The notes beneath the pieces are model-generated. The model did no database searches. It was not told where the DNA came from and worked only from the letters and a program-made list of their open reading frames with translations. The translations under genes and the position numbers were made by a program. A DNA stretch of 63,744 nucleotides, the filler included, from Chloroflexota bacterium (GTDB taxonomy: Bacteria > Chloroflexota > Chloroflexia > QHBQ01): NCBI GenBank assembly GCA_043754535.1. It is 7 parts of 7 records of this genome, joined end to end, with 100 filler letters (N's around TTAATTAATTAA, not from the genome) between each part and the next. Parts side by side here need not be neighbours in the genome. Positions count along the whole stretch, not along the records: positions 36,952 to 61,065 come from JAYUUN010000071.1; 6 more parts are not named here. One strand, given 5' to 3'. Of the stretch, positions 39,278 through 50,038 are shown one piece after another (the first letter of the stretch is position 1; the number at the start of each line of letters is the position of its first letter).

Positions 39278-40441
39278 TTAACTACGCGCCCTTCGCTGCA
39301 TGATCCAGGCGGCCAGGGTAAAGGTTAGAGCAGCGGCCACCAGCGGCACCGCTGCATAAAGCAGACCTTTGTCCCAAAGCAGGCTACCGTCAGCGGCTGC
39401 CCCCGCCCCCACCAACAGCGGATAGGTGGGCCAGGCGTGCAGCAGCCGCAGGGGGCCATTGCTAATGAACAGACCAATCAATGCTGGCATGGTCAGGAGG
39501 GTCAGGATCACCCCAGCCCAGATACTAACCGCCCGCACCGTGTTGACCAGCGTACCCAGCAGCAGGCCCACGGAGCTACCGAGCAGGATCGCCAGCACTA
39601 CGTAGCCGAGAGCCGCCAGCGGATTGTGCAACTGACCCCAGTTGAGCAGCACTGCCGGGCTAGCCAGCACTAGTGCGTAGCCACTGCCAACCAGCCCCTT
39701 CGCCATGATGATTGCTAGTGGGCTGGCGGGCGAGGTGAGCAGCATCCGCAGTGTCTTGCGCTCCTTCTCCTCGACCAGCACCTCTGGCAGCGTGTAGATG
39801 CTGAACAGGAACGGCACGAAGACGAGAAGGAATACCTGCTGCAAGTGGTTTATGTAGGTCGGGTCGTTCAGCTTGCTGCTGATACTAGCCAGCGTACTGC
39901 TGACGGTAGCGGTTGGCGACAGGCTGGGTGATAGCATTTTGAGGGTCACAGTATAAGGCTTGCGATAGGCAGTCACCTTGTCCAGGTAGCTGCCAACATT
40001 ACTCTGCACCAAAGCGCGGAAGTAAGGACCGGTCAGCAGTGGGCTAGCGTACATTTCGATAGTTGGCTTACCTCCCGCCGCCACCAGCCCACGCAGATCA
40101 TCTGGCAGTACCAGGCCGAGACAGTAGGTGCTGGTGATCGCTTGCATTGCATCGCGCACCGCCTGGGGATTGCTGACCAGCTTCACTGTGGTGGTGTAGA
40201 TGTGGGTGAAGCCCAGCACCTTATCCATCTCCAGGTGGTCGGGGTCGTAGGCTACTACCGAGAGGGCCACATAGTTCTGCAAGCGCGTGGTCGCAGCAGT
40301 GGTGATCAAGCTGTTGAAGATAATGATGATCAGGGAAAGGAACGCAGCCAGCATCAAGGGGATGATCGCTGCCTTGTTGTGCCGCAGGTTGAGCCATTCG
40401 TTGCCACTCAGAGCCTTGATGATCCGCCAATTTACGCCCAC
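39278..40441 (-). CDS. ABC-2 type transporter permease
   Basis: LVEEKERKTLRMLLTSP; paralog of the downstream permease. Confidence 0.85.
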   Translation of the reverse strand: MGVNWRIIKALSGNEWLNLRHNKAAIIPLMLAAFLSLIIIIFNSLITTAATTRLQNYVALSVVAYDPDHLEMDKVLGFTHIYTTTVKLVSNPQAVRDAMQAITSTYCLGLVLPDDLRGLVAAGGKPTIEMYASPLLTGPYFRALVQSNVGSYLDKVTAYRKPYTVTLKMLSPSLSPTATVSSTLASISSKLNDPTYINHLQQVFLLVFVPFLFSIYTLPEVLVEEKERKTLRMLLTSPASPLAIIMAKGLVGSGYALVLASPAVLLNWGQLHNPLAALGYVVLAILLGSSVGLLLGTLVNTVRAVSIWAGVILTLLTMPALIGLFISNGPLRLLHAWPTYPLLVGAGAAADGSLLWDKGLLYAAVPLVAAALTFTLAAWIMQRRARS

Positions 40442-40529
40442 TTCATGCTCACTTCCTTGTTGTCATACTCTGTAGATCAGGTAACTGATTATAGAACATG
40501 GCAGCGAGTTTGTGCAAGGTAGTGGTCAC

Positions 40530-41447
40530 TTAAAGCAGGCTGCGGCCACTCAGCTTGATGAATACTTCTTCCAGCGTCGCCTCATCGCTGTGGGCAGTGA
40601 CGATCTGGCCGCCAGCAAGGTAGCTCGCGAAGCGGCGGGCATCCTCGGCCTCGCCCATGCGGAACACCTCTTTACGATCTGTACTGCCGTCGTTGATGTG
40701 GGCGGTGATCGTCTGTTTGCCGTACTTGATCTTCAGGTTATAGGGGGTATCCAACGCGATGATCTCGCCTGCGCTCATGAAGGCGATGCGGCGGCAAAGC
40801 TGGTCGGCATCCTCCATATAGTGAGTGGTGATCAGCACAGTCGTCCCCTGCTCGCTCAGCCTGCGGATCAGGTCGCGCAACTCTTGTGCGCTGGCGGGGT
40901 CGAGGCCACGAGTCGGCTCGTCCAGAAAGAGAGCCTGCGGCTTGTGCAGGATGGCGCGGGCGATCAGCAACCGCTGCTTCATGCCCGTACTGTAGGTAGA
41001 GACCGCCCGCTTGATACTCTCGCCCAGCCCAACCTGGGCCAGCACCTCGGCAATACGCGCACTTGGGTTCGGTATGCCGTAGAGGCGAGCGTTGAAGTTG
41101 AGGTTCTCTACCGCAGTCAGCCGCTCGTAGAGGTTCTGATCCTCAAAGACGATCCCGAAGCTGGGGCTGACCTTCTGCGGGTTGTCGGCCACCACGTAGC
41201 CGCCCACCTTCGCCGTGCCGCTGGTAGGCAGTAGCTGCCCCGTTAGCATCTTGATCGTCGTCGTCTTGCCCGCCCCGTTGTGACCAAGCAGCCCGAACAC
41301 CTCGCCGTGAGCGACGGTGAAGCTGACCCCCTTCACCGCCTCTACCTTGCCAAAGTGCTTGACCAGGTTGATCGCCTCAACCATTGGCTGGGCCTTGCCG
41401 TCGCTGTTCTGCGCCACCTGCGAGCGGCTGGTTGTCATCTGCTCCAT
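40530..41447 (-). CDS. ABC transporter ATP-binding protein
   Basis: GHNGAGKT, YSTGMKQR, FLDEPT, TTH. Confidence 0.93.
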   Translation of the reverse strand: MEQMTTSRSQVAQNSDGKAQPMVEAINLVKHFGKVEAVKGVSFTVAHGEVFGLLGHNGAGKTTTIKMLTGQLLPTSGTAKVGGYVVADNPQKVSPSFGIVFEDQNLYERLTAVENLNFNARLYGIPNPSARIAEVLAQVGLGESIKRAVSTYSTGMKQRLLIARAILHKPQALFLDEPTRGLDPASAQELRDLIRRLSEQGTTVLITTHYMEDADQLCRRIAFMSAGEIIALDTPYNLKIKYGKQTITAHINDGSTDRKEVFRMGEAEDARRFASYLAGGQIVTAHSDEATLEEVFIKLSGRSLL

Positions 41448-41743
41448 CGTTGTCCCTCTTTGTTCAAGTTTAGGTTGCGCTCCGCCGCTTTGTGCTGGGC
41501 GAACCAGCCTTCGAGCGACACTAGCATGCCGCATAGTTGGCTGCTTGTCAATTTACACAGCACTTGCACCTTCCTTTACGTTTGCCAATACCATTTCGTC
41601 GCACTGATTATCCAGTAGCGCGCTGGGATGTAGCAAAAAGCGGCTGAATTGCATAGAATTGCTACGGTGGCTGGTCGGTGCAGTAGAAGCGGTAAATGGC
41701 GACCAACTTGACGTGTCACCACCTGCCCCTGTATGATCGGGGA

Positions 41744-43570
41744 GTGATTAGCACCCTGCGCCATGCGCTTCGCCCCGCTCCCATCAGCCTGCTGCTGGTT
41801 GGTACGCTCTATCTTGCCGCCTTGCTACTGCAAGCACATGACGAGCCGCTTTTCTGGTCACCAGACGAAGGCGCGAAGTATGTACAACTTACTAGCCTGC
41901 GCTGGCAGCCCAGCCTCAACCTGAGCGTACCGTACCCTGGCAGCGACGTTGACCCTGCCTACCGCTACCCACCCTTTCTGAGCAAGCAATCGTTCGTGCA
42001 AGAGGGCAAGCTCTACCTGCAATGGCCCGTCTTCCTACCTCTGCTGACTTGGCTACCCTGGAAGCTACTAGGCAGCCTCGGCCTCTACGTAGTGCCGCTG
42101 CTGGCGGGCCTGCTCACCCTCTGGCTAACTTACCAGCTAACCTGTCGTCTACTACCCGCCACAGAGCAAGGCCGTGCCTGGCTGAGCATCCCCATCCTCG
42201 GCCTGACTACCCCACTCGCCTTCTACAGCACTGTCTACTTCGAGCATACCCTCGCCTGCGCCCTGGTAGTGCTGGCCTGCTACGCCCTAGTCCGCGCTTA
42301 CTCGCCTCCTATCCCCCTCGCAAGCGAAGGTGGCAGGGGGGGCGAGCGGTGGCTGCTACTGTGCGGGCTTGCGCTGGCTGGGGCGATCTGGCTGCGCTCG
42401 GAGTTGTACATCCTGGCGGTGGTAGTAGTCGCCAGCCTTGTGCTTCAGCCATTCACTGCCAACCCCCGCAACATTGCCGACTCGTGGAGAAAGGTGCTGG
42501 CGGTTGGTGGCGGTTTGCTGGCAGGTTTGTTGCCACTCTGGGGCTTCTACCTAGCGGCCTGGGGTAGCCTCTTGCCGAAGCACGCCACGCCCTACCTCAG
42601 CGACGGCAAGGGAGGTCTGCCGCCCGCCCGCTTCATCAGCGAAGGGGGCATACGAACCTTCCTCGGCACCTTCCTGCTTGGCCCCCGCGACGATCTGGCC
42701 CCCACCCCCGACCTCGGCCCCCAACTAGCCTCGCCGCTGCGCAGCCTCTTTCTGCTAGCTATCGGTCTGTTTATCGTCGGCTGCGTGCTGCGCCCCGGCT
42801 GGCGGCGAGCGATCTGCCTGGGCGGGGGGCTGGCGGCAACCACGCTAGTCAGCGGCATCGTCCTGTTCAGCGGCGAGCAGTACACTGCTCTGCACGGCTT
42901 CCTGCTACCCACCCCTGCGCTGCTGCTGGCGACGCTGACGGTTGGGCCAGTAAGTAGGAGGGTGCAGGGCAATGCACTTCTACCGCCCTCCCAGCCAGCC
43001 GCCAGTACCTTGTTCACTGCCATCGTTGCCGCCTACATCGGTCTGCACACCCTGGCGATCAGCTTGCTCAGTGGGTTGGGGCCAAGCAGTCAGGTAGAGT
43101 GGGGCCAGCGTTACCTGCTACCTGCCTACCCCCTACTGGTCTGCCTGGCAGTCGTAGCCTTGCCGCGCTTGTGGCGGGGAGGGGGACGCTGGCTGCTAGC
43201 GACAGTGCTGGCGGTCAGCCTGCTGGTTGGCGGCGGGCTGGAGGTGCGCGGTTGGCTGGCTGGCGAACAGGTGCGCGCACAAACGCGGGCCTGGCGCACC
43301 CTGGTGCGGCAAACGACAGCCGCTGACGCGCTGATCCTAACGACCGAGTGGTGGGTGCCGTTGCGACTCAACCTCTACGCCGAACGCCGCCTGCACCTGA
43401 GCGAACCCGGTGAGAGCGACGACTGGGCCGCCAGCCTGCGCCAGACCAATCGCCGCGACTTCTACCTGCTCTCCACCGCCGCAGCACCGCCTTCCCTCAA
43501 GGGGGCAACCTTCGCGGTCGAGACAGGGCGGGCAGGCGGCCTGGTGTTGCGTCGCTACCTGGTGCAGTGA
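41744..43570 (+). CDS. Polytopic GT-C fold glycosyltransferase-like membrane protein
   Basis: WSPDEGAK acidic loop after TM1, FEHTL, WLRSE, WGQRYLLP; many TMs; GTG 41744 lies 6 nt after TTGACG-N18-TATGAT. Confidence 0.65.
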   Translation: MISTLRHALRPAPISLLLVGTLYLAALLLQAHDEPLFWSPDEGAKYVQLTSLRWQPSLNLSVPYPGSDVDPAYRYPPFLSKQSFVQEGKLYLQWPVFLPLLTWLPWKLLGSLGLYVVPLLAGLLTLWLTYQLTCRLLPATEQGRAWLSIPILGLTTPLAFYSTVYFEHTLACALVVLACYALVRAYSPPIPLASEGGRGGERWLLLCGLALAGAIWLRSELYILAVVVVASLVLQPFTANPRNIADSWRKVLAVGGGLLAGLLPLWGFYLAAWGSLLPKHATPYLSDGKGGLPPARFISEGGIRTFLGTFLLGPRDDLAPTPDLGPQLASPLRSLFLLAIGLFIVGCVLRPGWRRAICLGGGLAATTLVSGIVLFSGEQYTALHGFLLPTPALLLATLTVGPVSRRVQGNALLPPSQPAASTLFTAIVAAYIGLHTLAISLLSGLGPSSQVEWGQRYLLPAYPLLVCLAVVALPRLWRGGGRWLLATVLAVSLLVGGGLEVRGWLAGEQVRAQTRAWRTLVRQTTAADALILTTEWWVPLRLNLYAERRLHLSEPGESDDWAASLRQTNRRDFYLLSTAAAPPSLKGATFAVETGRAGGLVLRRYLVQ

Positions 43571-43583
43571 GAGTGCAGCAAGG

Positions 43584-46500
43584 TTAAGGGCTGGCTTTGC
43601 CAACGCTTACGCTCACTCGTGCTGTGCCGATCAGCCTGCCCTCGCGGTAACCCTCGGCTGCGATCTGGTGGTCGCCAGGGCTGGTCGTCCAGATCAGCGT
43701 CCAGGGGGCGTTGACGCGGCCAACCTCTGTGCCATCCACAACGAAGCGCACCGCATCAATGCCGCTGCTGGTCGCCACCGCCACTTGCAGGGTCAGGCGC
43801 GCTTCGTAGAAGGTCATGCCCTCGCTGAGGCCGACCAGACTTAGTGGTGCATCGCTGAATGGCGGTGGGCTGCCAGGAATGCTGGTCGAGGCCGGGCGGG
43901 CGGCTGGTTGCAGCGGCGCGCCGAGATTGGGGATCGCACTGTAGCGATAGGGCTGACTGTCCGCTGTCTGGCCGCCTGCACTGCGAGCCTGCGCTGTAAT
44001 CGTGTGTTCACCAGCCAACACCGGCCAATCCACCTGCCAGGGGGCAGCATTCACGTACTTGACCGCCACGCCGTCTACCAGGAAGATTACCTGGGCGGCA
44101 TTGCTAGCGTCGGCGGCAAGCTGGATTGTGCGGCCAGGCAGCAGCAGCCCGTCACTGCTCGGTGGCCGTAGGGTGATGCTGGGGCTGCTGCGCACTACCT
44201 GCACGCTGGCGAAGGCACGCTGCACCTTGCCAGCCACATTGCTGAGGGTCAGGCGCAGCACATAGCGGCCCTCTGGCAGTTCGTCGCTGTTCCAGTTGTC
44301 GAGGAAGCCGTCATCTACCGCTATGGTGTGGGAGCTACCAATCGGCAGCCAGATGGGGCCATCGGCAGCGGGGCCAAAGTCGAGGCGGTAGCTGGCGAAG
44401 TTTGCGCTGGCTGCTGCGCCGCGGATGCTGACCAGGCCGCGCACGGCAGTGCCATTCGTCGGGTTGGTGATTGCCAGCTTGAGAGCGGGGAAGTCGCCGT
44501 CGGCAAGCGGGGCGGGCGGCAGGCTGGTGGTGCTGCTCACAATCGGCGGCACCTCAATCGGCTGCGGGCTGGGCGGCCCCGGCTCGGTGCAGAGCGGCGG
44601 AGTCTGCAACTGCGGATGACTGGCTACCCAGCCCTTGTACTCGTCGCTCATCTGCGGGTAGGCTTTGCTGGCGACCAGGGTGAGCGGGCAGTAGGGGTTG
44701 GCCTGACAGGGGGCGTGGCCGGGCAGTTCGCAAATACGCAGCAGGCGGTAGACAGTATCCTCCTGCTGCGGCTCCGTCCCCCGCACGAAGAACTCGCGGT
44801 GGATATCCCCCGCCGCCTGGCAGGCAGCCCCCGGCTTTAGCCCGCTGAGGCCGCACACGTCGGCATCCACGATGTTGAGCGGGCGGGCGAAGTCGCGGGG
44901 CAGGGCTGCGTCAGGGTTGGCCTTCAGCACCGCTTCGAGGTCAGGGCGAGCGAAGATAGCCTCCATGAAGCCGTGCCAGATGGGGCCAGCCCCCCGTGCG
45001 CCCGCCACCTTCGCTAGCGGTGAGTTGTCATTGTTGCCCAGCCACACTCCCACCGCCAGGTTGGGTGTATAGCCAAACGTCCAGTTGTCGCGATAGTCGT
45101 TGGTAGTGCCGGTCTTGGCGGCGGCAGGGCGGCTAAGTTTGAGGGCGTTTTCTTCGCCAAAGACGTAGGCGCGGGCGGCGTTGTCGCTGAGGATGCTGCT
45201 GATCAGGTAGCTCTCCTCTGCACTGAAGGAGCGCAGGCGGGGGGCAAGGTTGGGCTGGTACTCCTCCAATACATGGCCTTCGCTGTCGGCCACCTTGAGG
45301 ATCGCCACTGGCGGCAGGTACTCGCCCGCATTGGCGAACATAGCATAGGCGGCGGTCAGGTCGAGCAAGCGCACTTCGCCCCCACCGAGGACGAGGGCAA
45401 GACCGTACTGGCTGGTGTTGGCGAGGTCGTAGAGGCCGAGGTCGCTGGCGAGCCGAACCGTGTCGGCCACGCCCGCAAATTGCAGCACCTTGACGGCGGG
45501 GATGTTGAGCGAGCCGGCCAGAGCCTTCCGCAGCGTAACCGGGCCATGCTCCTGGTTGTCATAGTTAGTGGGAATGTAGGGGGCGGCTCCATCACCGTTG
45601 GCGAAGCTGGTGGTCAGGTCGGCAATCACGGTCGCGGGCGTGTAACCCTTGTGCAGCGCGAGGGCATAGGCGAATGGCTTGAAAGCAGAGCCGGGTTGCC
45701 GCCGCGCCACCGCCACGTTGTACTGACCCCAGCCTGCCTGCCGGTAGTCCACGCTGCCCACCATCGCCAGTATCTCCCCCGTCTGCGGCTGCACCGCGAC
45801 CAGCGCGCCATTGCTTGCGTGCTGGTCGGTGAGGGCGCGCACCTGCGAAATCACCTGCTGCTCTGCCAACTGCTGGTAGCCGAGGTCGAGGCTGGTGGTG
45901 ATGCGGAGGCCACCACGAGCCAGTTGCGCCGGGCTGTAATGGCTGCTCAACAACTCGCGCACGTAGTTGACAAAGTGAGGAGCGAGGGTGTTGCCGTCAG
46001 CACGGGCGTGGGAAGTCACGTCTTCGGCGAGGGCAGCGGTGGCCTGCGGCTGGTTGACGTAGCCGAAGCGCACCATCAATTCCAGCACGTGCTGCTGGCG
46101 CGCTCGGCTGGCCGCCGTGTCCTGAGCAGGGTTGCGCTCTGGCAGTTGGGGGATGCCCGCTAGCATCGCAGCCTGCGCGAGGCTCAACTCGCTAGCTGGG
46201 CGGTTGTAGTAGGTGTCAGCGGCAGCGGCAATGCCATAACTTAGCTGGCCGTAGTATATCTGGTTGAGGTAGATTTCCAGTATTTCATTCTTGCTGTAAC
46301 GGTCAGTCAGGCGCACCGCAAGGACTGCCTCACGCACCTTGCGCTCCAACGTCTTCTCGTCCTTCTCTGGTAGCAACACGCGACGCACTAGCTGCTGGGT
46401 GATCGTTGAGCCACCCGCCTGCCCCTTGCCGCTGACGTTGATGTAGACGGCCCGCACAATGCCCTGTGCGTCAACCCCCCCGTTGCTGTAGAAGGTCGGG

Positions 46501-47075
46501 TCTTCGGCAGCTAGGGTCGCGCTGATCACGTAGGGGCTGATCTGATCGAGGTGGCGGTAGGTGCGTTTGCCCTCGTCCCAGATTTTGTAGAGCAGCGTGC
46601 CATGTCGGTCATATATTTCGGAGGTACGAAAGCTGTCGGCGAGGCTAGCCAGGTTATCCACCGATGGTAGGTCGCGGGTGTAGTAGAGGAAGTATCCGAC
46701 CCCAACTGCCCCTGCCCCAGCAACGAGGCCAAAGCACAACAGCAGGAAGCTGAGGAGGCCGCCCAAGACCACGGCGTTGCGCCTGCGCCCACGGTTGGCG
46801 GCACCTTGCACACGGCTGCGGCGGTTGAAGCGGCTGGCGTGCAGGGGGCGGCGGCTGATTACGAACAGCGGCAGGCCAGGCCGCCTGCGCGGACGGTTGG
46901 TGCGGGGCAGCGGCAAAACAGCGGACGTGGAGATCGCCACCTGCAACCGCCCGTCCACCTGCTGGGCGCGGCGCAGCCTGACCCGCGCCTGCAAGCGATT
47001 GAGCTTTTCCTTCTCCTCATCCGTCAGGCGTTCTCGTAGCACGGTCGGCCCGTCCCTGCTAGCTTGCCCCAACAA
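43584..47075 (-). CDS. Class A penicillin-binding protein with C-terminal Ig-like domains
   Basis: TG motifs AEDPTFY and GGSTITQQL, RKVRE; TP motifs SAFK, SLN, KTGT; three Ig-like (Big_7-type) modules; start uncertain. Confidence 0.9.
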   Translation of the reverse strand: MLGQASRDGPTVLRERLTDEEKEKLNRLQARVRLRRAQQVDGRLQVAISTSAVLPLPRTNRPRRRPGLPLFVISRRPLHASRFNRRSRVQGAANRGRRRNAVVLGGLLSFLLLCFGLVAGAGAVGVGYFLYYTRDLPSVDNLASLADSFRTSEIYDRHGTLLYKIWDEGKRTYRHLDQISPYVISATLAAEDPTFYSNGGVDAQGIVRAVYINVSGKGQAGGSTITQQLVRRVLLPEKDEKTLERKVREAVLAVRLTDRYSKNEILEIYLNQIYYGQLSYGIAAAADTYYNRPASELSLAQAAMLAGIPQLPERNPAQDTAASRARQQHVLELMVRFGYVNQPQATAALAEDVTSHARADGNTLAPHFVNYVRELLSSHYSPAQLARGGLRITTSLDLGYQQLAEQQVISQVRALTDQHASNGALVAVQPQTGEILAMVGSVDYRQAGWGQYNVAVARRQPGSAFKPFAYALALHKGYTPATVIADLTTSFANGDGAAPYIPTNYDNQEHGPVTLRKALAGSLNIPAVKVLQFAGVADTVRLASDLGLYDLANTSQYGLALVLGGGEVRLLDLTAAYAMFANAGEYLPPVAILKVADSEGHVLEEYQPNLAPRLRSFSAEESYLISSILSDNAARAYVFGEENALKLSRPAAAKTGTTNDYRDNWTFGYTPNLAVGVWLGNNDNSPLAKVAGARGAGPIWHGFMEAIFARPDLEAVLKANPDAALPRDFARPLNIVDADVCGLSGLKPGAACQAAGDIHREFFVRGTEPQQEDTVYRLLRICELPGHAPCQANPYCPLTLVASKAYPQMSDEYKGWVASHPQLQTPPLCTEPGPPSPQPIEVPPIVSSTTSLPPAPLADGDFPALKLAITNPTNGTAVRGLVSIRGAAASANFASYRLDFGPAADGPIWLPIGSSHTIAVDDGFLDNWNSDELPEGRYVLRLTLSNVAGKVQRAFASVQVVRSSPSITLRPPSSDGLLLPGRTIQLAADASNAAQVIFLVDGVAVKYVNAAPWQVDWPVLAGEHTITAQARSAGGQTADSQPYRYSAIPNLGAPLQPAARPASTSIPGSPPPFSDAPLSLVGLSEGMTFYEARLTLQVAVATSSGIDAVRFVVDGTEVGRVNAPWTLIWTTSPGDHQIAAEGYREGRLIGTARVSVSVGKASP

Positions 47076-47181
47076 ACCGATAGCTTATCATAAATCAATC
47101 GCCCCTGCTTTGCAAGGAGCGCAGGGCAGCGGTAGCGGGTTGTGACAAAGGGTAGTGCTGACCCGTGCTTGCTCTAAGCCC

Positions 47182-47595
47182 TCAGTCGGCCTTGTCGCCG
47201 CCAATCCCCTCAAAGGCAGGGAGGTTAGCCGGTATCTCCTGCAATACCCAGGTGTTGCCATCAGGGTCGCTGAAGGAGACATACAGAATGCCGCCCTGGT
47301 CGTCAATCTCGCTGACGGCCACACCTCGGCCAGCCAGCACTGTGCGAACCTCGCTTATCTCTGCTACCACCAGATGGAGACCCCGCAGTGAGCCAGGCTG
47401 CATCACAATACCAGGCAGCCCAGCCCCAAGCACGATAGAGCAGGCCGAGCCTGGGGGGGTTAGTTGGAGAACCCTGACCGTCTCGCTGGGCCGAACGTCA
47501 TGGTCTACACTGAAGCCGAGCTTCTCGACGTAGAAGGCTTTGGCACGGTCAATATCAGCAACTGGTAGAGGCACAAGTTCTAGTTTCATTTCCAT
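47182..47595 (-). CDS. VOC/glyoxalase family protein
   Basis: PVADIDRAKAFY, QLTPPGS, FSDPDGNTWVLQE. Confidence 0.88.
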   Translation of the reverse strand: MEMKLELVPLPVADIDRAKAFYVEKLGFSVDHDVRPSETVRVLQLTPPGSACSIVLGAGLPGIVMQPGSLRGLHLVVAEISEVRTVLAGRGVAVSEIDDQGGILYVSFSDPDGNTWVLQEIPANLPAFEGIGGDKAD

Positions 47596-47860
47596 CTTTG
47601 TTCCTGCTCTCTAGTTGTTAATCGCCCCATGAACGAGCAATTACTCTTTGCTGCTAGGGATTATAGCATCGATAGCTGGTTCTTTGCAAGGGCTTTCGGC
47701 GCGAGCAGCCAGCCGCGAGTTGCCCCACCCCCGCTGCCATGCTATACTGCCCCCATCACGCGAACCTTGCAGCCCCTCAAGCAATGAAGGCAGGTGGGCT
47801 AGTGGATGAGAGCAAACTTGGGCAATCAGGGGCGGCAGCTAACCATGCCGCCAACCCTCA

Positions 47861-48712
47861 ATGAGCGAAACTACCGACCTGCTTCGCGAGTATGGCCTGC
47901 ACCCGCGCAAGTCGCTGGGCCAGAACTTCCTCACCGATGAGCAGGTAGTGGATAGGATCATGGCGGCGGCGGAGCTTGCCCCCGACGACACTGTGATTGA
48001 GATCGGCCCTGGCCTCGGTGTGCTGACCAGACGGCTGCTGGCGGCTGTGCCTGCGGGCAGGCTGGTGGCGGTCGAGCTTGACCGCGAACTGGCTGCCCGC
48101 CTGCGCGACCGCCTCAACCAACCGCAGATCGAGGTGGTCGAAGCTGATGTGCTGAAGACCGACCCGGCGACCCTGGCCCACGGCCTCCCCTACAAGCTGG
48201 TTGCCAACCTCCCCTACTACATCACCTCAGCCGTGCTACGCCACTTCTTGGAAGCCAACCAGCCGCCCAGCCACCTGGTGGTCATGGTGCAGCAGGAAGT
48301 CGCCCAACGGATGGTGGCGGTCGCCCCCGACGGCAACCTGCTAGGCCTCAGCGTGCAGTTTTACGGTCAGCCCCAGATCGTATTCAGCGTGCCGCCGAGT
48401 GCCTTCTATCCATCGCCGAAGGTTCACTCCGCCGTCGTGCGGGTGGCGGTCTACCCTCAGGCCGAGCGACCATTGCAGGTGGCAGCCGAGGACTTCTTCC
48501 GCCTGGTGCGCGCTGGTTTCGGCCAGAAGCGCAAGACGTTGGCGAACTCAGTCAGCAGTGGACTGGGACTGGCGAAGCCGCTGGTCATCGCCGCCCTCGC
48601 TGCCGCCGAACTCAACCCCAATGCGCGGGCCGAGGAACTGACTTTGGCGCAGTGGGGGTTGCTGCTAGCTGCGCTAGGCTTAAGCTGCTCAGACTACGCC
48701 CGCAGCCCGTAG
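47861..48712 (+). CDS. rsmA: 16S rRNA m6,2A1518/1519 dimethyltransferase RsmA/KsgA
   Basis: KSLGQNFL, EIGPGLG, VANLPYYIT, MVQQEVA, PKVHS, RAEEL. Confidence 0.95.
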   Translation: MSETTDLLREYGLHPRKSLGQNFLTDEQVVDRIMAAAELAPDDTVIEIGPGLGVLTRRLLAAVPAGRLVAVELDRELAARLRDRLNQPQIEVVEADVLKTDPATLAHGLPYKLVANLPYYITSAVLRHFLEANQPPSHLVVMVQQEVAQRMVAVAPDGNLLGLSVQFYGQPQIVFSVPPSAFYPSPKVHSAVVRVAVYPQAERPLQVAAEDFFRLVRAGFGQKRKTLANSVSSGLGLAKPLVIAALAAAELNPNARAEELTLAQWGLLLAALGLSCSDYARSP

Positions 48713-49900
48713 GCTGGCGATCTCGTCCACCCCATAGCCTAGTTCGGCCAACACCTGCGCCGTATGCTCGCCCAGCAGCGGCGGGTGGCGGCGGATCGTC
48801 GCGGCGGTCAGGCTGAACTTGAGCGGGATGCCAACCAGCCGCAGAGCCTCAATAGTCGGGTGTTCGACGCTGACGACCATCTCGCGGGCCAGGGTCTGGG
48901 GGTCGTTCAGGATGGTGGGTAGGTCGTTGATCCGCCCCGCCGGGATGCCCGCAGCCCTGATCGACGGCAGCCACTCTGTCACCGTGTGGGCGGCTAGCAG
49001 GCTCTCAAATACCGACTTTAGGGCGGAGCGGTGCTGCACGCGGGCAGGATTGCTAGCGAACCGCTCATCCTGCGCCAACGCCGCTTGGCCGAGGACGGCG
49101 CAGAGGCTGGCGAACTGGCGGTCGTTGCCGCAGCCAATAGCCAGGTAGCCATCGGCAGCGCGGTAGGTCTCGTAGGGCGCAATGTTGGCGTGGGCGTTGC
49201 CGTGACGCTGGGGCGGCTGGCCGGTCAGCAGGTAGCCACTGGCAACGTTGATCAGCACCGCTAGCGCACTCTCTAGCAGAGATATGTCTACCACTTGCCC
49301 CCGCCCACTGGCCTCGGCCACCCGCAGAGCCGCCTGTACACCATTGGCGGCAAAGAGGCCGGTCAGCACATCTACGATAGCTACACCCAATTTGCTAGGC
49401 TCACCATCAGCCGGGCCAGTGATGCTCATCAGTCCGCTGGCCGCCTGCATCACGAAGTCGTAGCCAGGCAGGTGCGCATCCGGCCCGCTCGCCCCGTAGC
49501 CACTAATCCGACAGTAGACCAGAGCGGGGTTGAGTTCGCGCAGAGTGTCGTAACCGAGGCCGAGCGACTCCAACGTGCCAGGCTTGAAGTTCTCGACCAA
49601 CACGTGGCTCTCCTTCGCCAACCGCCGCAGGATCGCCTGCCCAGCCGCACTCTTGAGATTGAGGGTTAGGCTACACTTGTTGCGGTTGATCGCCAGGTAG
49701 TAGGCACTCTCGCCCGCAACATAGGGCGGCCCCCATTGGCGGGTGTCATCGCCCGTCCCCGGCACCTCCACCTTCAGCACCTCCGCGCCGAGGTCGCCAA
49801 GCAGCATGGTGCAGTACGGCCCTGCTAGCACGCGGCTGAGGTCTAGCACGCGCACGCCTGCAAGTGGCGAGGGCAGAGCGTGGTCTTTAATCGTGTCCAT
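48689..49900 (-). CDS. CaiB/BaiF family III CoA-transferase
   Basis: RVLDLSRVLAGP, GAEVLKVE..GDDTR, ENFKPG, GYD, PPLLGEHT. Confidence 0.92.
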   Translation of the reverse strand: MDTIKDHALPSPLAGVRVLDLSRVLAGPYCTMLLGDLGAEVLKVEVPGTGDDTRQWGPPYVAGESAYYLAINRNKCSLTLNLKSAAGQAILRRLAKESHVLVENFKPGTLESLGLGYDTLRELNPALVYCRISGYGASGPDAHLPGYDFVMQAASGLMSITGPADGEPSKLGVAIVDVLTGLFAANGVQAALRVAEASGRGQVVDISLLESALAVLINVASGYLLTGQPPQRHGNAHANIAPYETYRAADGYLAIGCGNDRQFASLCAVLGQAALAQDERFASNPARVQHRSALKSVFESLLAAHTVTEWLPSIRAAGIPAGRINDLPTILNDPQTLAREMVVSVEHPTIEALRLVGIPLKFSLTAATIRRHPPLLGEHTAQVLAELGYGVDEIASLRAAGVV

Positions 49901-49984
49901 GCTGCTATTGTACCAGCTTGCAGAGGCGACTGCTAACTGCTAGCCAGTCCTGGCAAGGTGAGACAATTACTATCCAGATTACGC

Positions 49985-50013
49985 TTGACATACATAGGTT
50001 AAAAGCATACAAT
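49985..50013 (+). promoter_or_regulatory. Near-consensus sigma-70 promoter of the recombinase gene
   Basis: TTGACA-N17-TACAAT. Confidence 0.7.
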
Positions 50014-50038
50014 AGTTCTACCAATGGGAGGGCCAGTT

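Noticed and set aside
38583..39751. 30-bp identical segment in the two ABC-2 permeases as a recombination or conversion site
   Set aside because: It coincides with the most conserved protein motif (TLRMLLTSPAS) of two paralogs, so paralogy is a sufficient explanation.
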